Origin: Nemertoderma westbladi
Lineage: Eukaryota; Animalia; Xenacoelomorpha
Direction: 5' to 3'
Length of the DNA stretch: 64,000 nt
Assembly (NCBI GenBank): GCA_032718475.1
Contig: JAUCBJ010005359.1
Span: 1-64,000 of the forward strand
The first letter of the stretch is position 1. Every line of letters starts with the position of its first letter. The translations under genes were made by a program, and so were the position numbers. Below the pieces are notes generated by a model that was not told where the DNA came from, made no database searches, and was given only the letters and a program-made list of their open reading frames with translations. Below are positions 1 to 13,400 of this stretch, one piece after another.

Positions 1-1275
1 AATGACTACTTGAGTTCCTATGGGGAGTATAGTTCTGGGGGGAACGCAGGAAATAAGTCGTCAGACTTTGTGCGTAATCCCTGGCCTAACGACCGAAAAA
101 TTGTATTTTTACGTTTGAAACATCTACCAAAAGATATTGGTATTGAAAATGGATATGAATTGTGGATTTATATGGCTGTTCGCGAACTGAGGTGTTGCGT
201 TGCATAGGCAGCTGGTAATGCAACCTAATGGTATGACCGTTAGGTGGGGCGAGCCACGAAGTTTGCGGAGCCTTAGCGAATTGACACTGTTAGAGGGGTG
301 GTTCAATAATGGCAAATAGTTGTTGTTGTCGTTACGATTTTGAAATGTTAATAACTTTGTCAGATTTTAAAGCTGTCGAGTTGAAAATTTGTCGGCATCA
401 ATAAGACGAAAAGTTAAGATTTTGTAGATTTTTAGACCTCAACCTTTTACCCGCTAGAGTGCGACATGGCTAAACATTAGATCCGATCAAGCTGGAACTT
501 GACAGATTTTACAATACCATTAGCTGTGCAATTCAAAGGAGCTAATCAGTCTGCAGTTCTCCAGTCTGCCGCTAGAGGGTGAAATGTATGAAAGTGACCT
601 TCTCCATTTCCTTGATCTTAATCTGTGTAAGCCGAATCTTGGACTACCAGACCACATGCGGCGTCTTTCATCTCCTGTGAACCTTATCTGTGATTCATCT
701 CCAGTTATCCAATCTGCCGCTAGAGAGCGAAATGTCTGATAGTGAAAAACCTTCTCCCATTTCGTCATTATTTGGTATCCGTTCAAGAAGAAACTCGGCT
801 GATATACGTGGTAGACCATCCATATAGACTGCGTCTTTGTTGGAACGGTAATCCCTCGGCAATTCTCCAGTCTACCATTAGTGGGCTGAAATGAAAACCT
901 TCATTCATTCTTTGTTTATAATCCTTTCCCCCTGATTGGTACCTGCCCCTTATATTCTAGACCTCAGATCGGTCTTAAATCGACTTCAGTTACCCAATCT
1001 GCCTCTAGGTGGCAAAGTGAATAGGAGACAACTGCTTGGATGTTGCTTATTATTCTTCCGAGTTGACACTTAAACATAAGTTCATGTCCCGTTCTGCGCG
1101 AAGGTCTCACTTCGTGTAGGCCTATGCTTTATGTGTATGTATGTGTGTATAGTGTATGTATGTATGTATGTGTGCATGTAACCATAACACATGGCCTGGA
1201 ATATAGTGTCGTAATTCAGTGACCACCCCCCCATTTTGAAAAATGTGTCTCCAGCGATTTTCCACCAGTTAGGCC

Positions 1276-1408
1276 TACACCGCAGTTACACCGCAGTTAC
1301 ACCACAGTTACACCGCAGTTACACCGTAGTTACACCGCAGTTACACCGCAGTTACACCGCAGTTACACCGCAGTTACACCGCAGTTACACCGCAGTTACA
1401 CCGCAGTT
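1276..1408. repeat. 11-bp tandem repeat (ACACCGCAGTT)n
   Basis: About 12 copies, directly visible. Confidence 0.9.
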
Positions 1409-2512
1409 ATTATTCTAACTTATTGCGATTTGTTGGTACCGATGGAAATCTAAGATTCCAAGGATTCCAAATACGTAAAAATATTTAAATTTGGTTGGGA
1501 AATCGCTGAGGTCCAAAGTTGCATGTATTTGCTTCCGCTGCAGGCCATTTATTATATTTAATAAATACACCTACATTTTGCTTTATGTATGAATATCCAC
1601 GAAAAAAAAAAGCAACACAAGTTTAATGCCTCCATATTTCAGTACAGCTCCACCCCCCCCCCCCCCCCCCCCCCCCCCCTGAATACCTTCATATTTCAGT
1701 ACATCCCAACCCCATAATACCTTTATTTAAGTACAACCTGCCCCCTTAAAGGCCGGAGTTACCCCACCCCCCCCCCCCCCCCCCCCCACCCACCCGAACA
1801 CTTTTTTTGAAATGTCTACAATTTCTATTGAAATGAAAATATTTTGATTTTTCTAAAATATTGCTAATATACAGATTTACTAAAATATTTTACTAAAATA
1901 TTTGATTTCTAAAATATTGTTTTCTCTAAAAAATTTCCCGTCGCCCTTTAGCGGCCATTGAATGAAAAGATGGTTAAAATGCTACTTGTCATTCAATCTG
2001 AGGGGAAATTGGCTGAAGAAAGTAATTTTTTCGAATTATGGAGGAGAGCTGCATGGTGATCTACAAAAGTTATCCGTTACAGTACAATTTTAGTTTTGCG
2101 TTTTTATGAAAATTAATTGATATTTATGAATATTTGACAAAATGTTAACAAATTTTTGGCTGAAATTTGAAAAATTGGCTGTAAAAACAGAAATAAAAAA
2201 ATTCCAGTCGATAACTGCCGAAACACTTTCGAATGAGCCAAAAATAAAGAAAATTGGTTAAAAAATGGCGGAGGAGTAGTAATTTTAAACGAAAATGCCA
2301 TTCCGAGATAATTGCCTTCAAAGTTTAAACCTACCCGCCAAAATGATCTGTCTGGGGTCTGGTTTGGATATTCATTTGTGGCCCGAAGGAAACACATCAC
2401 CGAGCTAAAATTTTCAGAACAGGGTATTTCGGGGTCGCTGATTTCATTTCTGCTTTCTTTCATTATTGTTTTGTGGAATCTAGTCTGTGGGGAGGGGGGG
2501 GGGGGGGGGGGG

Positions 2513-4372
2513 ATGCCTCATATTTCAGTAAAACCCGCCTATTAATGCCTCCATATTTCAGTAAAACCCGCCCACTAAAGCCTCCATATTTCAGTATAAC
2601 CCGCCCCATTAAAGCCTCCATATTTCAGTATAACCCGCCCATTAATGCCTCCATATTTCAGTAAAACCCGCCCATTAAAGCCTCCATATTTCAGTATAAC
2701 CCCCGCCATTAAAGCCTCCATATTTCAGTAAACCCGCCCATTAATGCCTCCATATTTCAGTAAAACCCGCCCATTAATGCCTCCATATTTCAGTAAAACC
2801 CGCCCATTAATGCCTCCATATTTCAGTAAAACCCGCCCATTAAAGCCTCCATATTTCAGTATAACCCGCCCATTAAAGCCTCCATATTTCAGTAAACCCG
2901 CCCATTAATGCCTCCATATTTCAGTAAAACCCGCCCATAAATGCATCCATATATCAGTAAACCCGCCCATTAATGCCTCCATATTTCAGTAAAACCCACC
3001 CATTAATGCCTCCATATTTCAGTAAACCCACCCATTAATGCCTCCATATTTCAGTAAACCCGCCCATTAATGCCTCCATATTTCAGTAAAACCCGCCCAT
3101 TAATGCCTCCATATTTCAGTAAAACCCGCCCATTAAAGCCTCCATATTTCAGTATAACCCGCCCATTAATGCCGCCATATTTCAGTAAACCCGCCCATTA
3201 ATGCCTCCATATTTCAGTATAACCCGCCCATTAATGCCTCCATATTTCAGTAAACCCGCCCATTAATGCCTCCATATTTCAGTAAAACCCGCCCATAAAT
3301 GCCTCCATATTTCAGTAAACCCGCCCATTAATGCCTCCATATTTCAGTAAAACCCGCCCATTAATGCCTCCATATTTCAGTAAAACCCGCCCATTAAAGC
3401 CTCCATATTTCAGTATAACCCGCCCATTAATGCCGCCATATTTCAGTAAACCCGCCCATTAATGCCTCCATATTTCAGTATAACCCGCCCATTAATGCCG
3501 CCATATTTCAGTAAACCCGCCCATTAATGCCTCCATATTTCAGTAAAACCCGCCCATTAATGCCTCCATATTTCAGTAAACCCGCCCATTAATGCCTCCA
3601 TATTTCAGTAAAACCCGCCCATTAAAGCCTCCATATTTCAGTAAACCCGCCCATTAATGCCTCCATATTTCAGTATAACCCGCCCATTAATGCCTCCATA
3701 TTTCAGTAAACCCGCCCATTAATGCCTCCATATTTCAGTAAAACCCGCCCATAAATGCCTCCATATTTCAGTAAACCCGCCCATTAATGCCTCCATATTT
3801 CAGTAAAACCCGCCCATTAATGCCTCCATATTTCAGTAAAACCCGCCCATTAAAGCCTCCATATTTCAGTATAACCCGCCCATTAATGCCGCCATATTTC
3901 AGTAAACCCGCCCATTAATGCCTCCATATTTCAGTATAACCCGCCCATTAATGCCGCCATATTTCAGTAAACCCGCCCATTAATGCCTCCATATTTCAGT
4001 AAAACCCGCCCATTAATGCCTCCATATTTCAGTAAACCCGCCCATTAATGCCTCCATATTTCAGTAAAACCCGCCCATTAAAGCCTCCATATTTCAGTAA
4101 AACCCGCCCATTAATGCCTCCATATTTCAGTAAAACCCGCCCATTAAAGCCTCCATATTTCAGTATAACCCGCCCATTAAAGCCTCCATATTTCAGTATA
4201 ACCCGCCCATTAATGCCTCCATATTTCAGTAAACCCGCCCATTAATGCCTCCATATTTCAGTATAACCCGCCCATTAATGCCTCCATATTTCAGTAAACC
4301 CGCCCATTAATGCCTCCATATTTCAGTAAAACCCGCCCATTAATGCCTCCATATTTCAGTAAAACCCGCCCC
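2513..4372. repeat. 32-33-bp minisatellite (ATTAATGCCTCCATATTTCAGTAAAACCCGCCC), ~55-57 copies
   Basis: Directly visible. Begins about 12 nt into the intron after the exon 13 donor. Diverged copies lie at 1622-1745. Confidence 0.95.
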
Positions 4373-4384
4373 TCTTAAACTTAC

Positions 4385-4490
4385 CCAACATTTGATCCGA
4401 AGATGTCGCTTCTTGTTTCCTGTTACACGATATGTGATAGAATGTGAACAACAAATGATGTTTGTCAGTTATGTTGGCGGGTAACCGAAA
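4385..4490 (-). CDS. DOCK7: DOCK exon 13 ([22 protein letters not shown]...QML)
   Basis: Lies within ORF 4356..4568; acceptor TTTCTTTCAG|; donor G|GTAAGT. Confidence 0.93.
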
Positions 4491-7400
4491 CTGAAAGAAA
4501 ATTATACGTTGTTTGTAAGCTATGTTAGATGGGAATCGAGAAAATGAAGTAAACATCACAACCCTCACTAAGACTATAAAAAAACATATCCTTTTTCTAT
4601 TTTATAAATTATTTATCATTTCTACATTAGTAATTTTCTCATTGAGTTAGCAATATTTTGCCCCAGTATTAAGTTACACCTTTAACTTTCTGGGGGATGT
4701 AAACAATGTCTCGTATAGTATACTCTATTGGCTTCCGACACACACAGACATTTTGACAACTGTACTAATTTATAATAATAACCGTTCACTCATGGTTCAC
4801 AAACATGTCAGACTCGCCCCACATTCAGACGCATCAGATTCCTAAATATGAGGGTCTGTAATTTAAAGCAATTAATATTTGAGCAACCAAAACTGAAAGT
4901 AAAAATATGTGTTCATTGGTGAGCAACCAAAACTGAAAGTAAAAACATGTTTCATTGGTGAGCAACCAAAACTGAATGTAAAAATATGTGTTCATTGGTG
5001 AGCAACCAAAACTGAAAGTAAAAACATGTTTCATTGGTGAGCAACCAAAACTGAAAGTAAAAACATGTGTTCATTGGTGAGCAACCAAAACTGAAAGTAA
5101 AAACATGTGTTCATTGGTGAGCAACCAAAACTGAAAGTAAAAACATGTTTCATTGGTGAGCAACCAAAACTGAAAGTAAAAACATGTGTTCATTGGTGAG
5201 CAACCAAAACTGAAAGTAAAAATATGTGTTCATTGGTGAGCAACCAAAACTGAAAGTAAAAACATGTTTCATTGGTGAGCAACCAAAACTGAAAGTAAAA
5301 ACATGTGTTCATTGGTGAGCAACCAAAACTGAAAGTAAAAATATGTGTTCATTGGTGAGCAACCAAAACTGAAAGTAAAAACATGTTTCATTGGTGAGCA
5401 ACCAAAACTGAAAGTAAAAACATGTGTTCATTGATGAGCAACCAAAACTGAAAGTAAAAACATGTGTTCATTGGTGAGCAACCAAACCTGAAAGCAAAAA
5501 CATGTGTTCATTGGTGAGCAACCAAAACTGAAAGTAAAAACATGTGTTCATTGGTGAGCAACCAAAACTGAAAGTAAAAACATGTGTTCATTGGTGAGCA
5601 ACCAAAACTGAAAGTAAAAATATGTGTTCATTGGTGAGCAACCAAAACTGAAAGTAAAAACATGTTTCATTGGTGAGCAACCAAAACTGAAAGTAAAAAT
5701 ATGTGTTCATTGGTGAGCAACCAAAACTGAAAATAAAAACATTGTGCAATTGGTGAGCAACCAAAAGTGAAAGGAAAACATGTGTTCATTGGTGAGCAAC
5801 CAAAACTGAAAGTAAAAACATGTGTTCATTGGTGAGCAACCAAAACTGAAACTAAAAACATGTGTTAATTGGTGAGCAACCAAAACTGAAAGTAAAAACA
5901 TGTTTCATTGGTGAGCAACCAAAACTGAAAGTAAAAACATGTGTTCATTGATGAGCAACCAAAACTGAAAATAAAAACATGGTGCAATTGGTGAGCAACC
6001 AAAAGTGAAAGGAAAAACATGTGTTCATTGATGAGCAACCAAAACAGAAAGTAAAAACATGTGTTCATTGGTGAGCAACCAAAACTGAAAGTAAAAACAT
6101 GTGTTCATTGGTGAGCAACCAAAACTGAAAATAAAAACATGGTGGAATTGGTGAGCAGCCAAAAGTGAAAGTAAAAACATGTGTTCATTGGTGAGCAACC
6201 AAAACTGAAAGTAAAAACATGTGTTCATTGGTGAGCAACCAAAACTGAAAGTAAAAACATGTGTTCATTGGTGAGCAACCAAAACTGAAAGTGAAAACAT
6301 GTGTTCATTGGCGAGCAACCAAAACTGAAAATAAAAACATTGTGCAATTGGTGAGCAACCAAAAGTGAAAGGAAAAACATGTGTTCATTGGTGAGCAACC
6401 AAAACTGAAAGTAAAAACATGTGTTCATTGGTGAGCAACCAAAACTGAAACTAAAAACATGTGTTCATTGGTGAGCAACCAAAACTGAAAGTAAAAACAT
6501 GTTTCATTGGTGAGCAACCAAAACTGAAAGTAAAAACATGTGTTCATTGATGAGCAACCAAAACTGAAAATAAAAACATGGTGCAATTGTTGAGCAACCA
6601 AAAGTGAAAGGAAAAACATGTGTTCATTGATGAGCAACCAAAACAGAAAGTAAAAACATGTGTTCATTGGTGAGCAACCAAAACTGAAAGTAAAAACATG
6701 TGTTCATTGGTGAGCAACCAAAACTGAAAATAAAAACATGGTGGAATTGGTGAGCAACCAAAAGTGAAAGTAAAAACATGTGTTCATTGGTGAGCAACCA
6801 AAACTGAAAGTAAAAACATGTGTTCATTGGTGAGCAACCAAAACTGAAAGTAAAAACATGTGTTCATTGGTGAGCAACCAAAACTGAAAGTGAAAACATG
6901 TGTTCATTGGTGAGCAACCAAAACTGAAAGTAAAAACATGTTTCATTGGTGAGCAACCAAAACTGAAAATAAAAACATGTGTTCATTGGTGAGCAACCAA
7001 AACTGAAAGTAAAAACATGTTTCATTGGTGAGAAACCAAAACTGAAAGTAAAAACATGTTTCATTGGTGAGCAACCAAAACTGAAAGTAAAAACATGTGT
7101 TCATTGGTGAGCAACCAAAACTGAAAATAAAAATATGGTGCAATTGGTGAGCAACCAAAAGTGAAAGGAAAAACATGTGTTCATTGGTGAGCAACCAAAA
7201 CTGAAAGTAAAAACATGTTTCATTGGTGAGCAACCAAAACTGAAAGTAAAAACATTTGTTCATTGGTGAGCAACCAAAACTGAAAATAAAAACATGGTGG
7301 AATTGGTGAGCAACCAAAAGTGAAAGTAAAAACATGTGTTCATTGGTGAGCAACCAAAACTGAAAGTGAAAACATGTGTTCATTGGTGAGCAACCAAAAC

Positions 7401-10400
7401 TGAAAGTAAAAACATGTGTTCATTGGTGAGCAACCAAAACTGAAAGTAAAAACATGTTTCATTGGTGAACAACCAAAACTGAAAATAAAAACATGGTGCA
7501 ATTGATGAGCAACCAAAAGTGAAAGGAAAAACATGTGTTCATTGGTGAGCAACCAAAACTGAAAGTAAAAACATGTTTCATTGGTGAGCAACCAAAACTG
7601 AAAATAAAAACATGTGTTCATTGGTGAGCAACCAAAACTGAAAGTAAAAACATGTTTCATTGGTGAGAAACCAAAACTGAAAGTAAAAACATGTTTCATT
7701 GGTGAGCAACCAAAACTGAAAGTAAAAACATGTGTTCATTGGTGAGCAAGCAAAACTGAAAATAAAAATATGGTGCAATTGGTGAGCAACCAAAAGTGAA
7801 AGGAAAAACATGTGTTCATTGGTGAGCAACCAAAACTGAAAGTAAAAACATGTGTTCATTGGCGAGCAACCAAAAGTGAAAGTAAAAACATGTGTTCATT
7901 GGTGAGCAACCAAAACTGAAAGTAAAAACAAAACATGTGTTCATTGGTGAGCAACCAAAACTGAAAGTAAAAACATGTGTTCATTGGTGAGCAACCAAAA
8001 GTGAAAGTAAAAACATGTGTTCATTGGTGAGCAACCAAAACTGAAAGTAAAAACATGTGTTCATTGGTGAGCAACCAAAACTGAAAGTAAAAACATGTGT
8101 TCATTGGTGAGCAACCAAAACTGAAAGTAAAAACATGTGTTCATTGGTGAGCAACCAAAACTGAAAGTAAAAACATGTGTTCATTGGTAAGCCACCAAAA
8201 CTGAAAGTAAAAACATGTGTTCATTGGTGAGCAACCAAAAGTGAAAGTAAAAACATGTGTTCATTGGTGAGCAACCAAAACTGAAAGTAAAAACATGTGT
8301 TCATTGGTGAGCAACCAAAACTGAAAGTAAAAACATGTGCTCATTGGTGAGCAGCCAAAACTGAAAATAAAAACATGGTGGAATTGGTGAGCAACCAAAA
8401 GTGAAAGGAAAAACATGTGTTCATTGGTGAGCAACCAAAACTGAAAGTAAAAACATGTGTTCATTGGTGAGCAACCAAAACTGAAAATAAAAACATGGTG
8501 GAATTGGTGAGCAACCAAAAGTGAAAGGAAAAACATGTTTTCATTGGTGAGCAACCAAAACTGAAAGTAAAAACATGTGTTCATTGGTGAGCAACCAAAA
8601 CTGAAAGTAAAAACATGTGTTCATTGGTGAGCAACCAAAACTGAAAATAAAAACATGGTGGAATTGGTGAGCAACCAAAAGTGAAAGGAAAAACATGTGT
8701 TCATTGGTGAGCAACCAAAACTGAAAGTAAAAACATGTGTTCATTGGTGAGCAACCAAAACTGAAAGTAAAAACATGTGTTCATTGGTGAGCAACCAAAA
8801 GTGAAAGTAAAAACATGTGTTCATTGGTGAGCAACCAAAACTGAAAATAAAAACATGGTGGAATTGGTGAGCAACCAAAAGTGAAAGGAAAAACATGTGT
8901 TCATTGGTGAGCAACCAAAACTGAAAGTAAAAACATGTGTTCATTGGTGAGCAACCAAAACTGAAAGTAAAAACATGTGTTCATTGGTGAGCAACCAAAA
9001 CTGAAAATAAAAACATGGTGGAATTGGTGAGCAACCAAAAGTGAAAGGAAAAACATGTGTTCATTGGTGAGCAACCAAAACTGAAAGTAAAAACATGTGT
9101 TCATTGGTGAGCAACCAAAACTGAAAATAAAAACATGGTGGAATTGATGAGCACCCAAAACTGAAAGTAAAAACATGTTTCATTGGTGAGCAACCAAAAC
9201 TGAAAGTAAAAACATGTGTTCATTGGTGAGCAACCAAAACTGAAAATAAAAACATGGTGGAATTGGTGAGCAACCAAAAGTGAAAGTAAAAACATGTGTT
9301 CATTGGTGAGCAACCAAAACTGAAAGTAAAAACATGTGTTCATTGGTGAGCAACCAAAACTGAAAGTAAAAACATGTGTTCATTGGTAAGCAACCAAAAC
9401 TGAAAGTGAAAACATGTGTTCATTGGTGAGCAAACAAAACTGAAAGTAAAAACATTTGTTCATTTGCAAGCAACCAAAACTGACAGTTAATAACATGGTG
9501 GTTGTTAGTTAACTAAACGCAGACGACATCTACCCAACATCATCCGTCCAACTGGTAACGACTGCCAAGGAATTGGATAAATGTAATTTAATTATTATTA
9601 GAAAAGAAAGTTACGTAGCAACAAATATTAACAGACAAACGTTTATTAAAATAAATTCAGTTCGGCACCAATAGAGTTTATTTTGATTGCGGCGTTTCAG
9701 TGTTCCACATTCCGCTTTAAGTTGTTCCGCATTCAGTCGTTCCGCATTCAGTTGTTCCCGCGTTCCGCCACTCTCCGAGCGACGAGTTCCACAACATCCG
9801 TCGCTGCGTCCGGAATTCGAGTCCCCGGACCGAATATCGCGCTGACCCCGGCCGCCCGGAGCTCGGGATAGTCGTCGGGGGGGACGACCCCTCCGACCAC
9901 CACCAGGATATCCGGCCGTCCCATCCGCGCGAGCAGCCCAACCAACTCCGGTACCAACGTCCGGTGTCCGGCCGCGAGACTGGACACTCCGACGACGTGG
10001 ACGTCCGAGTCGACTGCGTGGCGAGCGACTTCCTCCGGTGTGGTGAATAGCGGCCCGAGATCGACGTCGAACCCGAGATCTGCGAACCCGGAGGCGACGA
10101 CTTTGGCGCCGCGGTCGTGTCCGTCCTGGCCGACGTGGGCCACGAGGATCCGGGGACGACGGCCCTCCGACGCGAGGAACTCCTCGACGCGATCGATAAC
10201 ACGAGCCGCCTCCTCCCCGGAACCGAACTCCCCGATGTACGCGCCGGAGACCATCCGGTCGGACGCGGAATGCCGTCCGAACACCGACTCCATCGCGTCC
10301 GAGATCTCCCCGACGGTGGCGCGCGCCCGGGCGGCGCCCACGGCCGCGCCCAGCAGGTTCTCCCGCCCCGCTGCCGCCCGCTCAACCCCCCGCAACGCCT

Positions 10401-13400
10401 CATCCACTCTACCCCCATCCCTACTTGCTTTCACTCCCTCCAACCTGTCAACCTGCTCTCTCCGCACTCTACTGTTGTCAACCTTCAGCACTTCGACCTC
10501 CCCTTCTCCCTCACACCGGTACTTATTGACCCCGATCACGGTCTCCCTCCCGCTATCGATTTTCGCTTGTCGACGGGCCGCCGCCTCCTCTATCCGTAGT
10601 TTCGGCCATCCGGATGCCACAGCCTCCACCATTCCTCCCATCCCCTCCACCTCCTCTATTATCGCCATGGCTGCGTCGGCGACCTGACCCGTTAAGGCCT
10701 CCATCATGTAGGAGCCTCCCCAGGGATCTACCGACCTACAGACGCCGGACTCCTCCTGTATGATGAGCTGCGTGTTCCGGGCGATCCGGGAGCTGGTTGG
10801 CGTCGGTAGCGCCAACGCCTCGTCGTAGCTGCAGGTGTGCAGCGACTGGGTGCCTCCGAAGACCGCGGCGAGGGCCTCGAGGGTGGTGCGAACCACGTTG
10901 TTTACGGGATCCTGCGCGGTCAGCGACCACCCGCTCGTCTGGCAGTGCGTCCGGAGAATCAACGACTTCTCGTCGCGGGGGGCGAAATGTTTCCGCACTA
11001 GTTGAGCCCAGAGACGGCGGGCGGCGCGCAACTTCGCCACTTCCATGTAGAAATCCATCCCGATGCCGAAGAAGAAACTGAGTCGCGGCGCAAACTCGTC
11101 GACGTGCATCCCGGCTGCGATCCCGGCACGGACGTACTCGAGGCCGTCAGCGAGCGTGAACGCGAGTTCAAGAACGGCGTCGGCACCAGCCTCCTGTAGA
11201 TGGTAGCCGGAGACCGATATGGAGTTGTACCGGGGGAGGTTACCCGCGCAGTAAGAGAAGATATCCCCGATGATCCGCATAGAAGGCTTTGGAGGGTATA
11301 TGTAGGTGTTCCTAACCATAAACTCTTTGAGTATGTCGTTCTGTATGGTTCCGGACAGGGCGCTCTGGGGAACACCCTGTTCCTCCGCGGCCACTATGTA
11401 CATTGCCAGCACCGGTAGGACCGCTCCGTTCATCGTCATGGAAACTGAGACCTTATCCAACGGGATCCCGCTGAACAGATCCGTCATGTCTTGGACGGTA
11501 TCGACGGCGACGCCAGCCATCCCGACGTCGCCGACAACCCGCGGGTTGTCCGAGTCGTACCCTCGATGGGTGGGCAGGTCAAATGCGATACTGAGTCCCT
11601 GCTGCCCAGCGGCGAGGCAGTCCCGGTAGAAGCGGTTGGATTCGGCGACGGTGCTGAACCCGGCGTACTGCCGGATGGTCCAGGGTCGGTTCGCGTACAT
11701 GGTGGGGTTGGGGCCCCGGGTGTAGGGGAACACCCCGGGGAGCTCGGAGGTTGGGGGTAAGTCGGTATCGGTAGGAGTGGAACCCGCTACGTCGGCTTCC
11801 GTGTACACCGGTTTAATCGGAAGACCCTCCGAAGTGTAGCTCGTAAGTTTGGTAGTCGGGTCGGCACCTTTTAGCTGTTTGCGAGCGAGTTCGACCCATC
11901 GTTCGGGAAGGGGAACCTCCTTGTGAACGAATCGCGAAGAACTGAAACTCTTACAGGAAGTTCTGGGCTGAAATAAACTCGCGCGAAGCATTCTATAGTT
12001 ACAAGTTACTTGTCGTTGTCAGTCTGTAACACTATAAATTATCGCAGCAATATTAACTGGACAGCATCTAAATAGATAAGATCTGAAGATAAGCTATCCC
12101 GTCATTTGAAATTTGGCAAAGCCTACTGACTACTGATGCCTATGACTTACTTCTACACACTTAATTCACAGGTACAGAGCTAACTTGCTATGATCTGTAA
12201 CCATGTACTAGCAGACTAGGTCGGTAGCCTGTTGCCTGTAGGTACATCATGGATTTGTTGAAATCCCAAACTGCCAAACCAAAATATAATCTTAAAATTG
12301 CAGAATTGACCCTATAGGTATTTATTCTGTTAGTATAACAGTATAATGCCCGTAGCAAATGGCCTACCATTACAGGCCCTGTCAGCCTGTAGCCCAGTAA
12401 TCTGTACTGTTGTACTCACAGTCACAGCCCATCAGCTGTTTCATGAAGGTAAATAGATATCAATTTTAAATTTACCGCCTTTTTCGATAACAGTAGCTTG
12501 CGATAGTGTTTCACTTTTATACCACTACAGCACTAGCACCTACTCTTGGGCTACCGGTACCAAAATCGTATTAAACCCTACAATATACGTATAGGCCCCA
12601 CACTAGTCTAACTATAAACTATATCATACTTGTACTCGTGCGTACAGTAGGCTACGTACACGGCCTTCTAAACAAGTTTGTTTAGAAGGCCGTGACATGA
12701 AAACGCCTAGTAATGGTAGTGAACTATCAAGATATATTATTAACTGCGACATCAATTATTATAATATCACTATTTTATCGCACGCAAGACTGCAAGACAT
12801 TTACTATAAATATAGGAACCTTATGGCTGAGAAAGAAAGATCTCAACAACTTTATTTTTCATATTATATTGAGTTTGTGACGACTGTGGGATGGGTTGAC
12901 TTATTGTGACTGATTATGTTATTGTGTCCAGTAATAAGGATTAAGGATAACAATTATTAATAATTTATGTACTTACTTTTAATTCGTCATAGTACTCGGG
13001 AACTTTGTTATGGTATGTCACAATGGTGGTGGCAACTCGGGAGAATTCGGGACAATTCGACTTGCCGAATACAACAGGGAGGGCGGAAGCTTGATCCTCA
13101 CCACACATAAGGAAAACCTGGGAATGGAAGGGGAGATTAATATGGAAGGGGAGATTAATATGAGAGGGAGGGAAATTGGAGCTCGTCACATAGAAGGGAG
13201 ACTGGGGGCAATGGAAGGGACGGAAATTGGACCTCGTCACATAGAAGGGAGACTGGGGGCAATGGAAGGGACGGAAATTGGACCTCGTCACATAGAAGGG
13301 AGACTGGGGGCAATGGAAGGGATGGAAATTGGACCTCGTCAAATAGAAGGGAGACTGGGGGCAATGGAAGGGGAGATTGATATGGGAGGGGGGAAATGAG

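Noticed and set aside
1-2500. Next DOCK exon (expected GYTW.P...) and short ORFs
   Set aside because: Not found; the region looks like repeat or TE remnants that I cannot classify, so the exon probably lies outside the window.
2513-9497. Regular 33- and 40-bp repeats as CRISPR arrays, and the ORFs within them
   Set aside because: Head-to-tail units with no unique spacers, no cas genes and a eukaryotic context; the ORFs are repeat translations.
9683-11760. Overlapping alternative-frame and antisense ORFs over MMUT
   Set aside because: Expected shadow ORFs in GC-rich coding DNA.
9748-11991. MMUT as bacterial contamination or recent horizontal transfer
   Set aside because: It has a transit-peptide-like N-terminus and an animal-like sequence, and is embedded in a DOCK intron; a tree would be needed to claim transfer.
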